DNA of 51,975 nt, filler included, from Sphacelaria rigidula (taxonomy: Eukaryota): NCBI GenBank assembly GCA_964200075.2. It is 4 parts of 4 records of this genome, joined end to end, with 100 filler letters (N's around TTAATTAATTAA, not from the genome) between each part and the next. Parts side by side here need not be neighbours in the genome. Positions count along the whole stretch, not along the records: positions 39,058 to 51,975 come from CAXNAA020003307.1; 3 more parts are not named here. The stretch is one strand, 5' to 3'. The notes below the pieces were generated by a model that saw only the letters and a program-made list of their open reading frames with translations, had not been told where the DNA came from and did no database searches. Below, piece after piece: positions 39,484 through 51,975 of this stretch (position 1 is the first letter of the stretch; each line of letters begins with the position of its first letter). The position numbers and the translations under genes were made by a program.

Positions 39484-41049
39484 CACCTGTGGATAGATAG
39501 CACCCTGTGGGGCGCACTGTGCAGGGTCCGTACAGGGTCCTCCAGAGTCTCCGTGAAAAAACCCTGACAGTGAAAATCCAAACCTGTACCCCTCGTAGCG
39601 TCTTGATAGGGTTTTCCCCAGGGTTGGGTTTACAGCCCTGTATAGGCTTGTCGGCAAAGCCCTGCACAGTCATGTGGTGGTGTTTTGGTAAAACAAAACT
39701 GACTTCTTTTTTTTTTTAATTCCAAATATTTTGGTACAAAATGTGTAAATGTTTACATTTTCAATAGCTTGTCCTCCTGTCCGAGGTAAATTCCTCTTCA
39801 CTCGATTTGAATCGGGCAAAAAAGAATTCACTTTGGACAGCAGGACAAGCTATTCAAAACAGATCCTTTTCTCGCCAAATTTATTCCGGCAGATAAAAGG
39901 ATGTATCTCGAACAGCAGAAGAAGCTGTTCAAAGTCGATCTTTTTTTCGCCCATTTTTGAAATGAGCGAAAAAAGGATCTATTTCGAACAGCTTCTTCTG
40001 CTGCGCAATCCCATGCATACTGGCAGATGTGGAATTTGAACAGCAGAAGAAGCTCGAAACAAATCTTCACTTTGCCCTCCAATTCATCCGGAGGTTGGGG
40101 GAAAAGAGATTATTACGAGCAGCGTCAGCTGCTGGGCAAATCCCGCATACTGCACCGTTATCAGCATATGGGATCCGACAAGCGGAAAAAAATGTTGAAA
40201 GTAATTCATCCTTTTGCCCCCCGGTTCATGCACATAGGCTAAAAGATGTATAATTCTCAACAGCTTTTGCTGAATGGAGGTCCGACACACTGATTACGAT
40301 CGAGTGTATGTCCACATGCCTACGAGTACAGATACGACGCTTTTGGTGAAGACGTGGATACCGAGATGATGGTATATACCTCGCATATCACTCCACATTG
40401 CTTTTGAAAACCCCGTGGTCCGCAGTCTACCAAAGTCACTCAACCGAGGATGCTTTTGTTCAGAGAGGTTTTTGCTTGATAGTTATAACAAGCACAAAAT
40501 AATTTCGTAGAAGATAACATATCAGGTAGCTCGATGTACAACGTGATGCCCTCCTGAGCACAATACCGTGAGTTCGATTGTCACCCCTGCCACTCTTCGA
40601 ACGCCTTTTTCTGCCAGTACTATGCCCATTCTGTATGGAGTATATTGTATGCGTGCTATAAAGGCTGCACAGCATATTAACAGCGATGAAACCTACACGG
40701 AGAGACGAAACCCTGTGCAGCGCCCTGTGTGGCACAAAAGAACACCCTACACTCAAATCCCCGCGCGAAACCCTGCACAGTTTCCCTGAACCCTGTGAAG
40801 TGTCTTGTGGGGCGCAAAAACAAACTACAGCCGGATCTCCGCAAGAAGCACTGCACAGTTTCCCTGGACCCTGTAGACGTGCCCCACAGGGTGCTATTTG
40901 TCCACGTGTGCATGACCACTGTAGAGAAATCCTGTGGAGCGTCCTGTGCTACACCGGAAAACACTGTACAGTAAAATTCCCGCCAGAAACACTGCGGAGG
41001 GTACGTAAACCCTGTAGACCCTCTACAGGGTGCTATCTGTCCACGTGTG
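39484..41049. mobile_element. TA-flanked non-autonomous TIR DNA transposon (~1.57 kb) with CCCTGT/ACAGGG subterminal repeats
   Basis: TA-CACCTGTGGATAGATAGCACCCTGT at the left end and ACAGGGTGCTATCTGTCCACGTGTG-TA at the right end. An extra right-end copy sits at 40887-40910. Confidence 0.7.
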
Positions 41050-42261
41050 TAAACAATGGTTGGTATTATGGAGATGCCACCAACTCTAACGCTAACTCTA
41101 GCACTAACATTGACCGAACTCTCGGGCAAGGGGGGTGCAGTTTCTAGCTAAAGCCTGCGTTGGGATGACTCAAAGCCTGCGTTATTGTGATAACTTAAAT
41201 CGACGCCTTTCCAGAGCTCAAATCCACGCCTTTGAGCCAATTGTGAACCAAAACACGTTCTGGACGACATGGTTCTACTGCTCACCACTGCTCACCTGTC
41301 CCAAATTATGATTTTTCTCAGAACTTTCTTTGGTTTGAACCCAAGTCAAATCGAGTACTAATCATTGTTTATGTACATTTCTTTAGGTCTACCAGTTTCG
41401 CACTACAGGCGAATGCATATATGCATGCGCAGATGCATAAACTTAGACATGTTGAGCGGCTGAACGGCCGATGCCGTAGCAAACTGGCACCGATCTGTAC
41501 TGCGGCCCTTTCTGGATCGTGACCATCTATCTGTAGTGCACCGATCGGCATACAGTCTGTAGAGGTGCGCACTTCATGGCGCACGGCCCTAAGCGCGCTG
41601 CAGCCACAGCGAAGCGCTGAAACATCGCTCATGGACTGTGCAAACCACAGTCAACAGTTCCAAGTCGCTACATCTGGTGCTGTGCGCTGCAGCAGTGCGC
41701 ACTAGAGGGCAAAACGGTAAGATTTTGTTCCGATTTTGTTTTCTCTTTTGGCGCAACACCGACTTCACAGGAACATCTCTGCGCCGGTACTTCCGAGGTC
41801 AATAACTGTGAGTTAGCCCGCTGCTTCGGTAAGGGCCTCGCGGAGTGATATTTCGGAACTGAAACGATTAAATCACTACTTGACCGCTTTTTCTTCTCGA
41901 TCGTATCCTCTACTTTCAACCTCACGAAAACATCGTTCTATGTAGTTGGAGGCTCCCTCATCAGTTCTGTTTGTTTGTCCACATCTATTTATTTTCCGCG
42001 GAGGGCAATATACACCTGATCGATCGAAGCGGACAAAGCGATGACTCGCGCGCTTTTTATCCCTTCACTCAACCCATGTGCATTATGTACATGTATGTAT
42101 CATTTCACATTTTCACCACTTTTGCCGAGGTTTCTCTGCCAGCAAGGCATTTTTTCCCACGCTTTCTTTTGCAGTACACTGAGAAGGCATACGAAGTATA
42201 TTTGATATTATCGACTTGCGTCATCCCCGGGAGGCCCGTACCAACCTCCCGAAGGGAACCT

Positions 42262-42292
<31 letters not shown>

Positions 42293-44189
42293 TGGTGTCA
42301 CAAAATGAACGGCTTGGCTGAAGTTTGAAAAGCGTAATTTTGCTCCACACCAGCATATGAGTTTAGTAGAGAGCCCCCTGTCCTATGGTGCAAGCTGTTC
42401 ACCCCAGTACAGTACAAGTCCGTACAGTACAAGTGCGTGCAGTGAAGTGCAATGCAGCACAGAGTGTTGTACAGTTTGATAAGTGTAATGCTCGGGTATC
42501 AACTGCGTCGACTGTAAGAAGAAACTATATATACAGAACTACTGTGATGCGTATATCATGGTCATGTCCGAACCATGGAGATTCGCGATGACATACGGCC
42601 GCGGGTTATGTGATATTCTGTCGGTTAGGTGGTCCGTGAAGGAAGGTATTAATCCCACCTGGTTCCGTTCTTCGTGCAACGATTGCATGTTGGGAACCTG
42701 CATCCTGGTTCCAACGACCCCCGACGTGGAGCGAGATCATCCGAGTGCACGTCCACATAGAGTTCGAGTTGTGAATTTGGACGGTACAACAGTACGACGA
42801 TCGCATGCAGCAACCATGAGATATGATGGCGCGGCAAACAAAACTCCGTTCTCATTGGATGGTACAGCATGATACCCGCACGATTGAATTCACTCGGGAC
42901 GAAAAAATTGACGTACAATCCCATACACGACTACTCCCTGGTACGTTTGCAAACTGCAGATGTCGAAGATTTCAAAGAGTCACAGTTAGGGCGCAACATC
43001 TGGAGCAATCCTGCGACGCCGGCCGGGGCAGACCGAATATGGAATTCGGCACCGCAATCGATCTCGAGGTGAGAGCACCACAACACCCCTGATGCACTAA
43101 TTAATGCCGCGCGAAATAGAAGTGATGCAGATCCCGCGCGCCTCGCTGCTTTCCCCTTGTTCCCGCTGATGATTGTGAGTTTTGAACAAAATTGCGGATG
43201 CCTACCTGTGAGGTGATAACATCCCTTCACACGAACCCCCGACTCTTACAATCGCAAAATCAAAAAGACCACACGGTTGACACGTTGTGCCTGTCTATCG
43301 GTGTCGTGTCTCGTACGGACACGTAGTGAAGCGCCTGCACCACTCCTGCCAACATCCCGTCCGACAAATGCCACATCCGCGATTGAAAGCAGATCTCCAC
43401 TCACGCACTCCGAACGTACAGCGTCGGTGGAAAATGTGAGGGACATCGCCGGGGGTCACGCCGGCGAATGGATCTCAGCGCCAAAGTGACTGAGCCTCTC
43501 TCTGTACGGAAACGATACGACGACTGTACTGCTCTGTGCCTTGGAGGCGTCCATTGCGTCCACTGATGGAGCATCCAGAAAATCAGAGGCCGCAGGGATG
43601 CAACGACCGTCGGAACGCAGAACGTAACAAGTTTAAATGATGACCGGGCGGGGAAGGCTCGACTTGATCTCGATTACTTCGGCATGGGGAATAAAACACT
43701 GACGGTATCGCAATGGAATCCGTCGTCAGTACTTCTCAACAAAGTGAATAACACCCCCCGCAAAAGCGGGACAGGTGATGACGGTAGAATCGTGGAGGTG
43801 CAGAATTCGACTCTGTCAACCAAGGCGAAGAAAAGATGTACCCTACCCAACTCCGGCAGAGACACACACCCGCATACTCACGCACGTACACCGAGACGAA
43901 AGAGAACCGCGACGAATCACCCGGAGGTTGACACAGCATGGGGAGCATGGCATGAACAACAGAGGGCTGCGTTGCAGGACAGAAACCGGGTAAAGGAAGA
44001 TTAGGTGCTGGCAAGACACTCTCCCGAGGGTGCGCCGACATCCGGATCCCCATGCAACGCAGGGTTGGCTCCTCCTCGAGGGTCTCCGGGAGTATTTTTC
44101 GTGCCTGGTGAAAGGTGTCCGCAGCTCATCTTTCGCAGGTTCGGAACAATAGCTGGTAGCACCGGCGCCAACGAACTGGGCTGCCAGCG

Positions 44190-47100
44190 AGGTGATGAGG
44201 CATCCCAATCGCCAGACACCACTCCCCGGCAGTGATGGTAGTGAGCATCGCGCGCAAGGCGGAAAAGGAAGGGTGGCGAGGTGACTCAGCAGTTCCCAAG
44301 GTCCCCCCCGGAATCGTGCGAGCTGCACGAGGGAGCATGTCGCGTCGGCAGAGTCTAATAATCCGGGTAGTGATATGAGGGAGCGTAGAGGACGTAAGCG
44401 GGTTTGCTGTCGCGATGTTTGTGGTACCCAGTTCCCCGTCGACGACGACGGGGGCAACACGTGCTCCTCTTGCGGTCAGATACACGACCCGGGATCGCGA
44501 CAGTGCTTCACCTGCCATCGGCCAGGGCCCGACGAAGGCAATGCCTGGCATCATCTTGGCGTTGCACGATCACCGGAGGCTCCGCATTTTCTGGAGTCGT
44601 GTGCGGATGGTGACGGTATACGAATGGCTGCGCTTCTGCAAAACTACCAACCAACTGCAGATTACTTATGCATCCGGCATGATCGTGGCACTCCCTTTAT
44701 CAACACGGGGTTACGAGTGATAGGCGGAAGGCAAAGTTCCTTCCTCCGCTTTGCTGCACACCCGCGACCGTTGGTTTAACTCCCCCCCCTACCCCTGCCG
44801 AGCCGGACTCTGTTGCAGAAGCACAACATAGAGTAATTGCCCCCGTTGAGGCTCAGCGCGTGGTGGGTCTCGAGGATGTTTAATCCTGGCTGCCCGACGC
44901 CAGAACCTCAGCAAACGCCCAGGTTGTTCTAGACAAGCGCACCAGGGAGCAAGCGCTGGGAATTTTGAATGCGGTGGTGGCGGCTGGCGCAGTCGATGCC
45001 AAGCTTGAGAATATAAGCGGGGTCGAGGGGACTGCATGCGATGGACGGCGCAAGTACATCTATCTCGTTCCTTCGGTGGTGGAGCCCGAGGTAGCCATGG
45101 CGGCCGTCGTTGAAATTCGCAACATGCGTGCCAGGGTACGAGAATTGGAGCGTTCCGCCTCCCGCCTCACCGCCCAGACCGACAGCGGTCAACCGGTTGA
45201 CCCTGCACTCCAGCGGGTGACAGCTGCCGCTTCGGCGGAGGAGAAACAGGCTGTGGTCGTGGCGGCTGGGCAGGATGGACATCGAGAGTGCACAAGAACT
45301 GAGGAACGTATTCGGAAATAGGGGCCAGAAATACGTAGCGGACATATCGAGGAATATTCAATCTATGGATCAATTTCTGGCGGATGATACGCCGCCGGCA
45401 CTGTTAGCATTGCTGAGCAGTTTTCGCAGTTTGAATTAGTCGAGTGATGATCCGGACTTGCTTTTGCCGACCGTGGAGGACGTAAGGAGTGGTAGGCAAG
45501 GGGGTTCCGTCGCCAGCACAAGAATACGTGGATCGTCACCGCGGGAAAAAGCGTCGCGCAAGAGGATGAAGGAGAGGAAGAGGCAAGTTGGGAGGCTGTA
45601 TATGCTCGCGCCGAACCTCGTGAAGACTGTTTTGGGCGGGGGATTCGAAGTAATGCACGACTTCTATTCAGCGCAGGTGTTGAAAACGCACGGAACGCCC
45701 ATGGCTATCATTGATTTTGTCGCCGCCCACGGATTCTGCATGACAGAGTCAATGCGTTACAAGCGGGAGCAGTTTTGCGTGAAGTGGGGGTTGAGCAAAC
45801 ATCTCATGGCTCTTGCGTTGACGGCTGCTGCGATTCCTTCGGACAACTGCGATTTTCGGCCGACGACGAGTGTTACGGGAGTCGGCGCACATGTGAGTAC
45901 TATATCGGCCATCTGCGTGGCTGTAGAAAACCTCCCTGGGCATTTGTCGCTTGTGCACGCGCACCGCCGTCAAGGAGCGGCAGCGTTACCTCTCCGTCTT
46001 CGACGATGCAGCATTCCGTTGCGTGGTGGCAAGGATCGGAGGAGAAGGTGGCCGCATCAACACGTGCGTGGAGATTGAACTCAGACAGGTGAAGAAAATA
46101 GTCATTTTTCGGGTACTCTTAGTCTGAATGTGTACTCGAACGTTTCGAACTCTCTCTCCAATTTTGGTCGGGATATTAGTGTCGAAACATGGCAACATGA
46201 CGCGCCTCTGCGTGTGGCCCGGCGGCGTGGTAATATTTTTATCTTGGGGCTTAAGCTCGCATGAACTTGAGGTTGTTTGCGTATCGGTCAGTGCTCCATA
46301 GTACTGACACAAATTTGCGCGACCGCTGCGCCGGGATAATCCCACTGGATTTACTCGTACAAAGTAGTTCCGAAAGCTGCGGGTTCAATATCCCTATAGT
46401 CGCCGTTCGTATCTTGCCTATCCGGTGTTTACTCCCCATCGTGAAAAAACACGTGTAATCGAGTAAGAGAAGAATAATCTGTGGCGACGTGTTAGAGGAT
46501 GTAGGATTTCTCCTCCCACAAGAGATGCCAGATTTAAAGTCGCGTGCAGCGGTAGATACAGGGTAGTCCCACGACACCACATGCCCACCTCGCAAAAGGG
46601 TATGGATTGAAGGTGTGAGGGCAAAAAATGCCTAACGGATTGTATACCCCGTATCATCCGCCCTCTTTTGGTATCATGCTCAAATTCCCCACAAGGCGAT
46701 ACCGACGATGCAGAGAGAGCCGCAGGTGTTCAAGTACCTCTGCATGCAACTGGGCACCTCGAAGAGCTGGTGCGACTGGAAGGCCACCATCGACCGTCTC
46801 GCTGATATTCGCCGCGTGGATGAGAGGGGCGTGACGGCGGCATGTGTGGTCGCCGGTGATGAGGAAACATTTCGCTTCATGTATCACCTCATCCGGAGGA
46901 ACCCCGGCCACTATCACTGACTCAGAATTATCGTGGGTGACTGGCACATTCTGTATCATATGGCGAAGGCGATCATGAACCGGTATTGGCGGGCAGGAAT
47001 AGAGTTCATCGCAGAGGCACTTGGTGTGGACGGAACAAAGGCATCGGAGGCTAGCAACTATCGGGTGGCACACCATACCATCAGCGTGTTCTTCGAAGCA

Positions 47101-48030
47101 ATGTGGGGTAAAATGGTGGTCATGTACTACTCCGAGCATGGCGCCGATATGGAGGTCACCACGGCCGGAGCCGCGGCAAGCGACGCCGCTGAAGCACCGG
47201 GCGCCGCCACAGCACGAGCATCGGACCCCGCAGAAGCATTAGCACGAGCACTGGGTATGGCCACAACGCCACCCATACCACCAGACGCCGCCAGTGAGGT
47301 GCAACACACGGTATCCACCACGGCATCGCCTCTGCCGGAGGACAGTATGGCAGCTGCTGATAGTAGTCGTGGCGGGGAGTCATTCCGGCGAGACGGCAGG
47401 AGGGTGGCGGGAGGGGAATCAGATCCGGGACCAGATTATACCAGGCGCAATTGCCACGACGGCGGTCTAGATGGCCTCACGGAGGGCGGATCGAAGCATT
47501 CAGTCGGGATCTGGATTGGAGGTTCAGATTATGATTGCAGCGGCTCGGAGACAGAGGATTCCGCATTGGAAGCGGGCGAAGACCACAGCGATGATTTCGC
47601 GGTTTGATGGAACCTGTAGAGAAAGTTGGAGACATTTTTCTTGCAGTTGAGCTGTGGAGGTATATATGTAACCCTGGCAGTTGTCTTCTGCAGACGGAAG
47701 TATATCTCGTACTTGTGGTCGATGGGCAAGTTGTATAATGCTTGGTGCAGTGCGCCCTTGGGTGCAGACGTCTACGGCGGGTAGTCCGGCGACGGCCTTG
47801 GGAGAGTCGCCGGTTGTATCTCAAGATAATTGTCGATACTAATCAACTGATCCATACAACAATAATCAGGATGAAGGCATGGTCTTGCAGTGAACCTTTT
47901 AGAATACTGTGCAACACGACCACTACACGCGCGTTGACTCCAGTCGTGAGGCGGCGTCCATGGCGCCCTGCATGGCGGGCGAACCACCAGGAGTACATGG
48001 TATGATGGATAACAACCGATCATCGAAGTC
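44190..48030 (+). pseudogene. Decayed DUF6589-like (KDZ-type, RNase H-fold) DNA transposase gene with Cys-rich N-terminal region
   Basis: Same-strand fragments in order: Cys clusters CCRDVC..CSSC..CFTC..LCIRH (44375-44779); coiled-coil-like EIRNMRARVRELERS (44965-45321); LKTHGTPMAIIDFVAAHGFCM and DNCDF..HVSTISAI (45458-46000); VVAGDEETFRFMYHLI..*LRIIVGDWHILYHMAKAIMNRYW (46708-47130); possible HQEY near 47985. In-frame stops and frameshifts present. Family assignment is from motif recall, not a search. Confidence 0.65.
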
Positions 48031-48045
48031 GAGAACGGAGGTTTT

Positions 48046-48508
48046 CAAGGTTGCGTTCTGTAAGGTACGGGTACGTTCTGTAGGGTATGAGATTCCTTAC
48101 AGAATTTTCAGAAATATCAGGTACCGGTATGAAACTTTTGCAGAGTTTGCAGAGCTATCGGGTACCGGTATGAAAGTCTTACAGAAATTAGAAGACTTGT
48201 CGGGTACGGTATGGGAGGCCTACAGAACTCACAGAAACTGTCGGGTAGGGTATGGAGGTTGCACAGAAAACCGTACCCGCAACCGGGCATCTTATCAAGA
48301 GCATACCCGTGCCCCCCGGTAATGTTACGGGAGGCTTGAAAAACTCACAGGACTATCGGGTACGGGTATGGAGGTCTTACAGAGATTGAATAATTGTCGG
48401 GTACCGGTATGGAAATCTTACAGGGTTCACAGGACTGTCGGGTACGGTGAATGCACGGCAAAATGCCCCAGGTGTACAGAAAACCGTACCCTACAAAACA
48501 CGACCTTG
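48046..48508. mobile_element. TIR element carrying ~41-bp tandem repeats
   Basis: Imperfect TIRs CAAGGTTGCGTTCTGTAAGGTACGG / CCGTACCCTACAAAACACGACCTTG. About 8 internal units resembling TCGGGTACCGGTATGAAAGTCTTACAGAACTCACAGAACTG. Confidence 0.7.
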
Positions 48509-49159
48509 GTATTATCATCAACCCTTTGGTGGGACCTACGTCACTACATCAGTGGCGAAATACAGATGACAGCTCACGAAAACTCTGAACGGCTCCACGG
48601 GGTTGATGGAGGAAAACTACACGAACAATCGCAGTAGTACATGTTCACGGGGTCGTCAACATCTATCGGCTTCACGTACACTCCCAAAAAGTACATGAAG
48701 GAGCATTCACGGCTGCCCGCTCTCTGGAAGACCTTCGGCACGCGATAAAATCGACGACGGCCTCAACTTTCGTTGGCAGCTCATACTCTGTGCTGTACAT
48801 GTCGATAACGGCCTGGAGTTTGATGACCACGACACAACCACCATTAACGTCGATGACGTGCGTCTTGCTACTTGATCCCCTGGTGGCGCAGATCAACAAC
48901 CCCCGCCTGAGCCACCACTCGAGTCTGGGGGTGATCCATCCTGACGGTCTACAGTGCTGCTCATATTTCGTGCTTCCACTCAGCGGTACCTCGTATCCCG
49001 TCAGATCCCAAACGACAGAAATTCAAAAAATTATATTGTTGATGTGCAGTTTTGAATGAAGGAGTTGGGTGGGTTGATCGATGGGAGGTACACGTCCAGG
49101 TCATGAGGTTGAGTTTGGATTGAACCTATATCCGTACCTCCTCGAGGTATATACCTGTG

Positions 49160-49670
49160 CTCATACCTGCAATAACGATATACCCTAACCCCGGGTAAAG
49201 GTATGGGAGGCTTACAGAGCTCACAGAACTGTCGGATACTGGTACCGGATGAACGTCTTACATAAATTACAGAAACTTTCGGGTACGGTATGAGAGGCTG
49301 ACAGAGAAATCGTACCGGCAATCGGGTATTTCTTCAGGAGCATACCGGCGCTTCGGGTGCGAGTAAACATTCTGTACAGAACTCACACAACTGTCGGGTA
49401 AGGGTATGGAAGGCTTACAGAACAGAAACTGTCGGGTAGGGTATGAAAGTTGCACAGAAAACCGTACCCGCAATCGGGTATCTTATCAAGAGCGTACCCG
49501 TGCCCCCCGGTAACGGTACGGGAGTTTTACAGAGATTACAGAACTACCGGGTAAGGGTATGAAAGACTTACAGAGATTACAGAAATGTCAGGTACCGGTA
49601 TGAAAGTCTTACAGGAGTCACACAACTGTCGGGTACGGTAAATACCCGGAGAAATACCCCGGGTATACCG
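49160..49670. repeat. Second array of the ~41-bp TCGGGTACCGGTATG repeat family
   Basis: Same units and the same interrupting block (TTGCACAGAAAACCGTACCCGCAA.CGGG.ATCTTATCAAGAGC.TACCCGTGCCCCCGGTAA) as 48260-48322. Confidence 0.8.
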
Positions 49671-49963
49671 AGGATGAGTCGAAATAATATTTCGGGACAC
49701 GTAGGCCCCAAGATCCAAAATTTAGGCCTTTGATCTGGACCAGTTTATACTGGCGATTGAACTGGAACTGGAGTTTAACTGGAACTGGTGATGGGGACTC
49801 CACTTCATCCAGTTCATTTGAAGTTTACCGTTACCGGCTATGTTTATACCAATTTTAGTATTGTGAGTTTACGACAAAGATGCTTACATTATTACAAACA
49901 AAATGACAGTGGAATTAGCACCTGCACCTGACAGAAGTACAAGTACAGACAGTACTCGTAGTA

Positions 49964-51030
49964 CGAGCTGGGCCAGCCTAGAAGCGGATTTGGAGTTTCC
50001 AGGCCCATTCGCAATTTATAGTACTGAGCTTTGTATTATTTTCCTTCAGAAGGGTTTTTTCTCGCGTTCTACTCTTCGATAGAACTCGAAAGTGCTAGCG
50101 TCGGTATATTTTGGTAAAATGAACAGATCGTCTTCCTCCCCCAGTACCCAAGTCGGTGTTAGTTGGTGTTATCGGGCGATACGAGTAGATACTCCGTTTA
50201 TTTATAGGGTGTTATTGACCGTGAAATAAAGTTTTTGGCTCTAGTGCAATGACTAGGTAGAATTTCAAAAAAAAAATGTACATTTCTTCACAGATACGAT
50301 CGGGACAGGCTCGATCGACCGAAAAAATCGAAGAGTCAGAATCTGGGCTGAAACGAGTCAGGACCCCCGATGACCGGTCAGCCCGTAAGTCACTCAATGT
50401 TGAGTACGGTTTTTTTTCCTTGGAATGTGGAGCGGATACAAGTATCTTAAGATCCCTAATGTGACGAGCGGTGGCAAGTGAAAGAGCCTAGGAAAATCGC
50501 CAATTACGAAGAGATTACAAAATGAATAGTTCAGGCGCCCAGTACTGTATTACTTACAGTTGGGCCCTAAACTTTGGTACTGTATGGACAATCGATAGGG
50601 CATAATAAGAAAAATTGTGCATGGACCCAATGCATATTTTTTCATGATATGACAGCATTTTTCGGATGCCTAAAAACTGATTATTGCCCATGACTCATGA
50701 ACTAAACAAATTCGGGTCCACGCATGACTTATTTTACTATGCCCTATTCATTGTCCATGCCAAATTTTAGCCTCCAACTCTATATAATAGCCAGCGAATG
50801 GGCCGTTTAGTAATCGGCTCGGTGAAACTCGGAACAGTATTTCGCAGGCCATTCACCGGCCCACGTTTGGTGTATGTGTATTGAATTTTGTGTGGGACCT
50901 CGCTAGGCCACAATGAACCAAAACAAGTGGGTCAGGTTGTTTTCTTCTGTTTTTCCCCCTGGTCTAGGGTGTTTCAGTATGGTAACGATCATTTTTCCCG
51001 TGAACACCCGAACCTCTCCCCCCCAAAAAA
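49964..51030. mobile_element. Second copy of the mariner-like non-autonomous element (right TIR not seen)
   Basis: TA-CGAGCTGGGCCAGCCTAGAAGCGGATTTG at the left end. 50560-51030 aligns with 14680-15150. Confidence 0.75.
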
Positions 51031-51975
51031 TGAATGTCCATTGTTTTTTTTAAGCACACCTTATCCCCGCGCGTTGCCAGCCTTGGCTTGTTCGCATCCT
51101 CCTCTCCTCAAGGAGAATCTATGCTGCTGCATATTACAGATGAATGATATTCGAATCTCTCACCGCTTTGGATGCGATTTGGATGTAATCTAAGACTTTT
51201 AGCTCCTCAATGTGAGGGATCACATTATCTACAATTTTCAACATCTTTGAAAGAAAAACAAGCAAAATATCGCAATTTTCTCGCCTTCGGCGGCGCTCCC
51301 GAGAGGCCCCCTCACCAGCCCGGGGGGGGGGCGTTTGCGACTTCGCCGATTAACTGGAAAAACATCGATGTATTGGCCGCTGGCGCGGTCAGTTTAAACT
51401 CAACTGGCCAAAGCAGCCAGTTCACAGCCCTACGAAACTTTCAGTATTTGAGGCCGGGGGGGGGGAGGGGATACCCAGCCTGCTGTCCCCTAGTTTATTG
51501 CCGAGGAGTTGGCGAATGCGGTCAGCTGCGGTGTACAGAGATCCTTGGTATGGAGACCGCTGAAATGGCGGACACACCGCACCTCGAAGCTCATCACTTA
51601 CCATAAATACATTTATGGGATCATGTTTCGTGTCGCGTGCCTCGACTACCCACCGCTAGTAAGTAGTCCGGGCAAATTGGGCGAGGCGTGAGACAATGTG
51701 AATACCTTAGCTACAGGCTGTCGCTACCGTGCGCTTGTGTATTTAACATAGATGTATGTGCGTGAGCGTTGCCGGCATCCGAGGTCATCGGGACAGGGCG
51801 TGCAAGGAGCAAAAGCAAATATACGAACCTCGCAAAGCCCGCCAGACATTCCGGGTTTTGTTAGTGTTTGTTGGTAAAAAAGCACAAAAAAAATCACGAA
51901 AAAAATCGAAAAAATAATGACCATTTTTTTTTAATGCCATCCGGGAGGGGGGCGCGGGAGTACGCACGCTCATGC

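Noticed and set aside
43843..44554. Minus-strand ORFs of 205 and 142 aa
   Set aside because: No motifs; more simply explained as GC-rich antisense frames of the plus-strand decayed element.
48046..49670. ~41-bp repeats as a CRISPR array
   Set aside because: Units are degenerate and contiguous with no unique spacers, there are no cas genes, and the context is eukaryotic.

Overview
Eukaryotic, intron-rich, repeat-rich DNA, most likely from a brown alga (Phaeophyceae). This is inferred from GT-AG multi-exon genes with ~0.1-3 kb introns, a stramenopile bipartite plastid-targeting presequence, and the repeat types. The window is not one locus. Four pieces of 12920, 12919, 12918 and 12918 bp are joined by 100-bp N...TTAATTAATTAA...N linkers, which looks like length-sorted small scaffolds. 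Segment 1 (1-12920) holds a 15-exon TTC12-like TPR+ARM gene (minus strand, 3' end outside the window) head-to-head with the first exon of a plastid-targeted PPR gene. Segment 2 (13021-25939) holds a 4-exon orphan ORF followed by a phase-compatible but disrupted Cys-rich exon series, plus SINE, LINE and MITE copies. Segment 3 (26040-38957) holds four internal exons of CCT5 and a nested SINE/hAT/MITE insertion. Segment 4 (39058-51975) has no recognisable host gene. It carries TIR elements and a decayed ~4 kb transposase gene with DUF6589-like (KDZ-type) motifs and a Cys-rich N-terminal region, which is the most unusual element here. No rRNA, intact tRNA or CRISPR array was found. All calls come from manual reading; no database searches were run.
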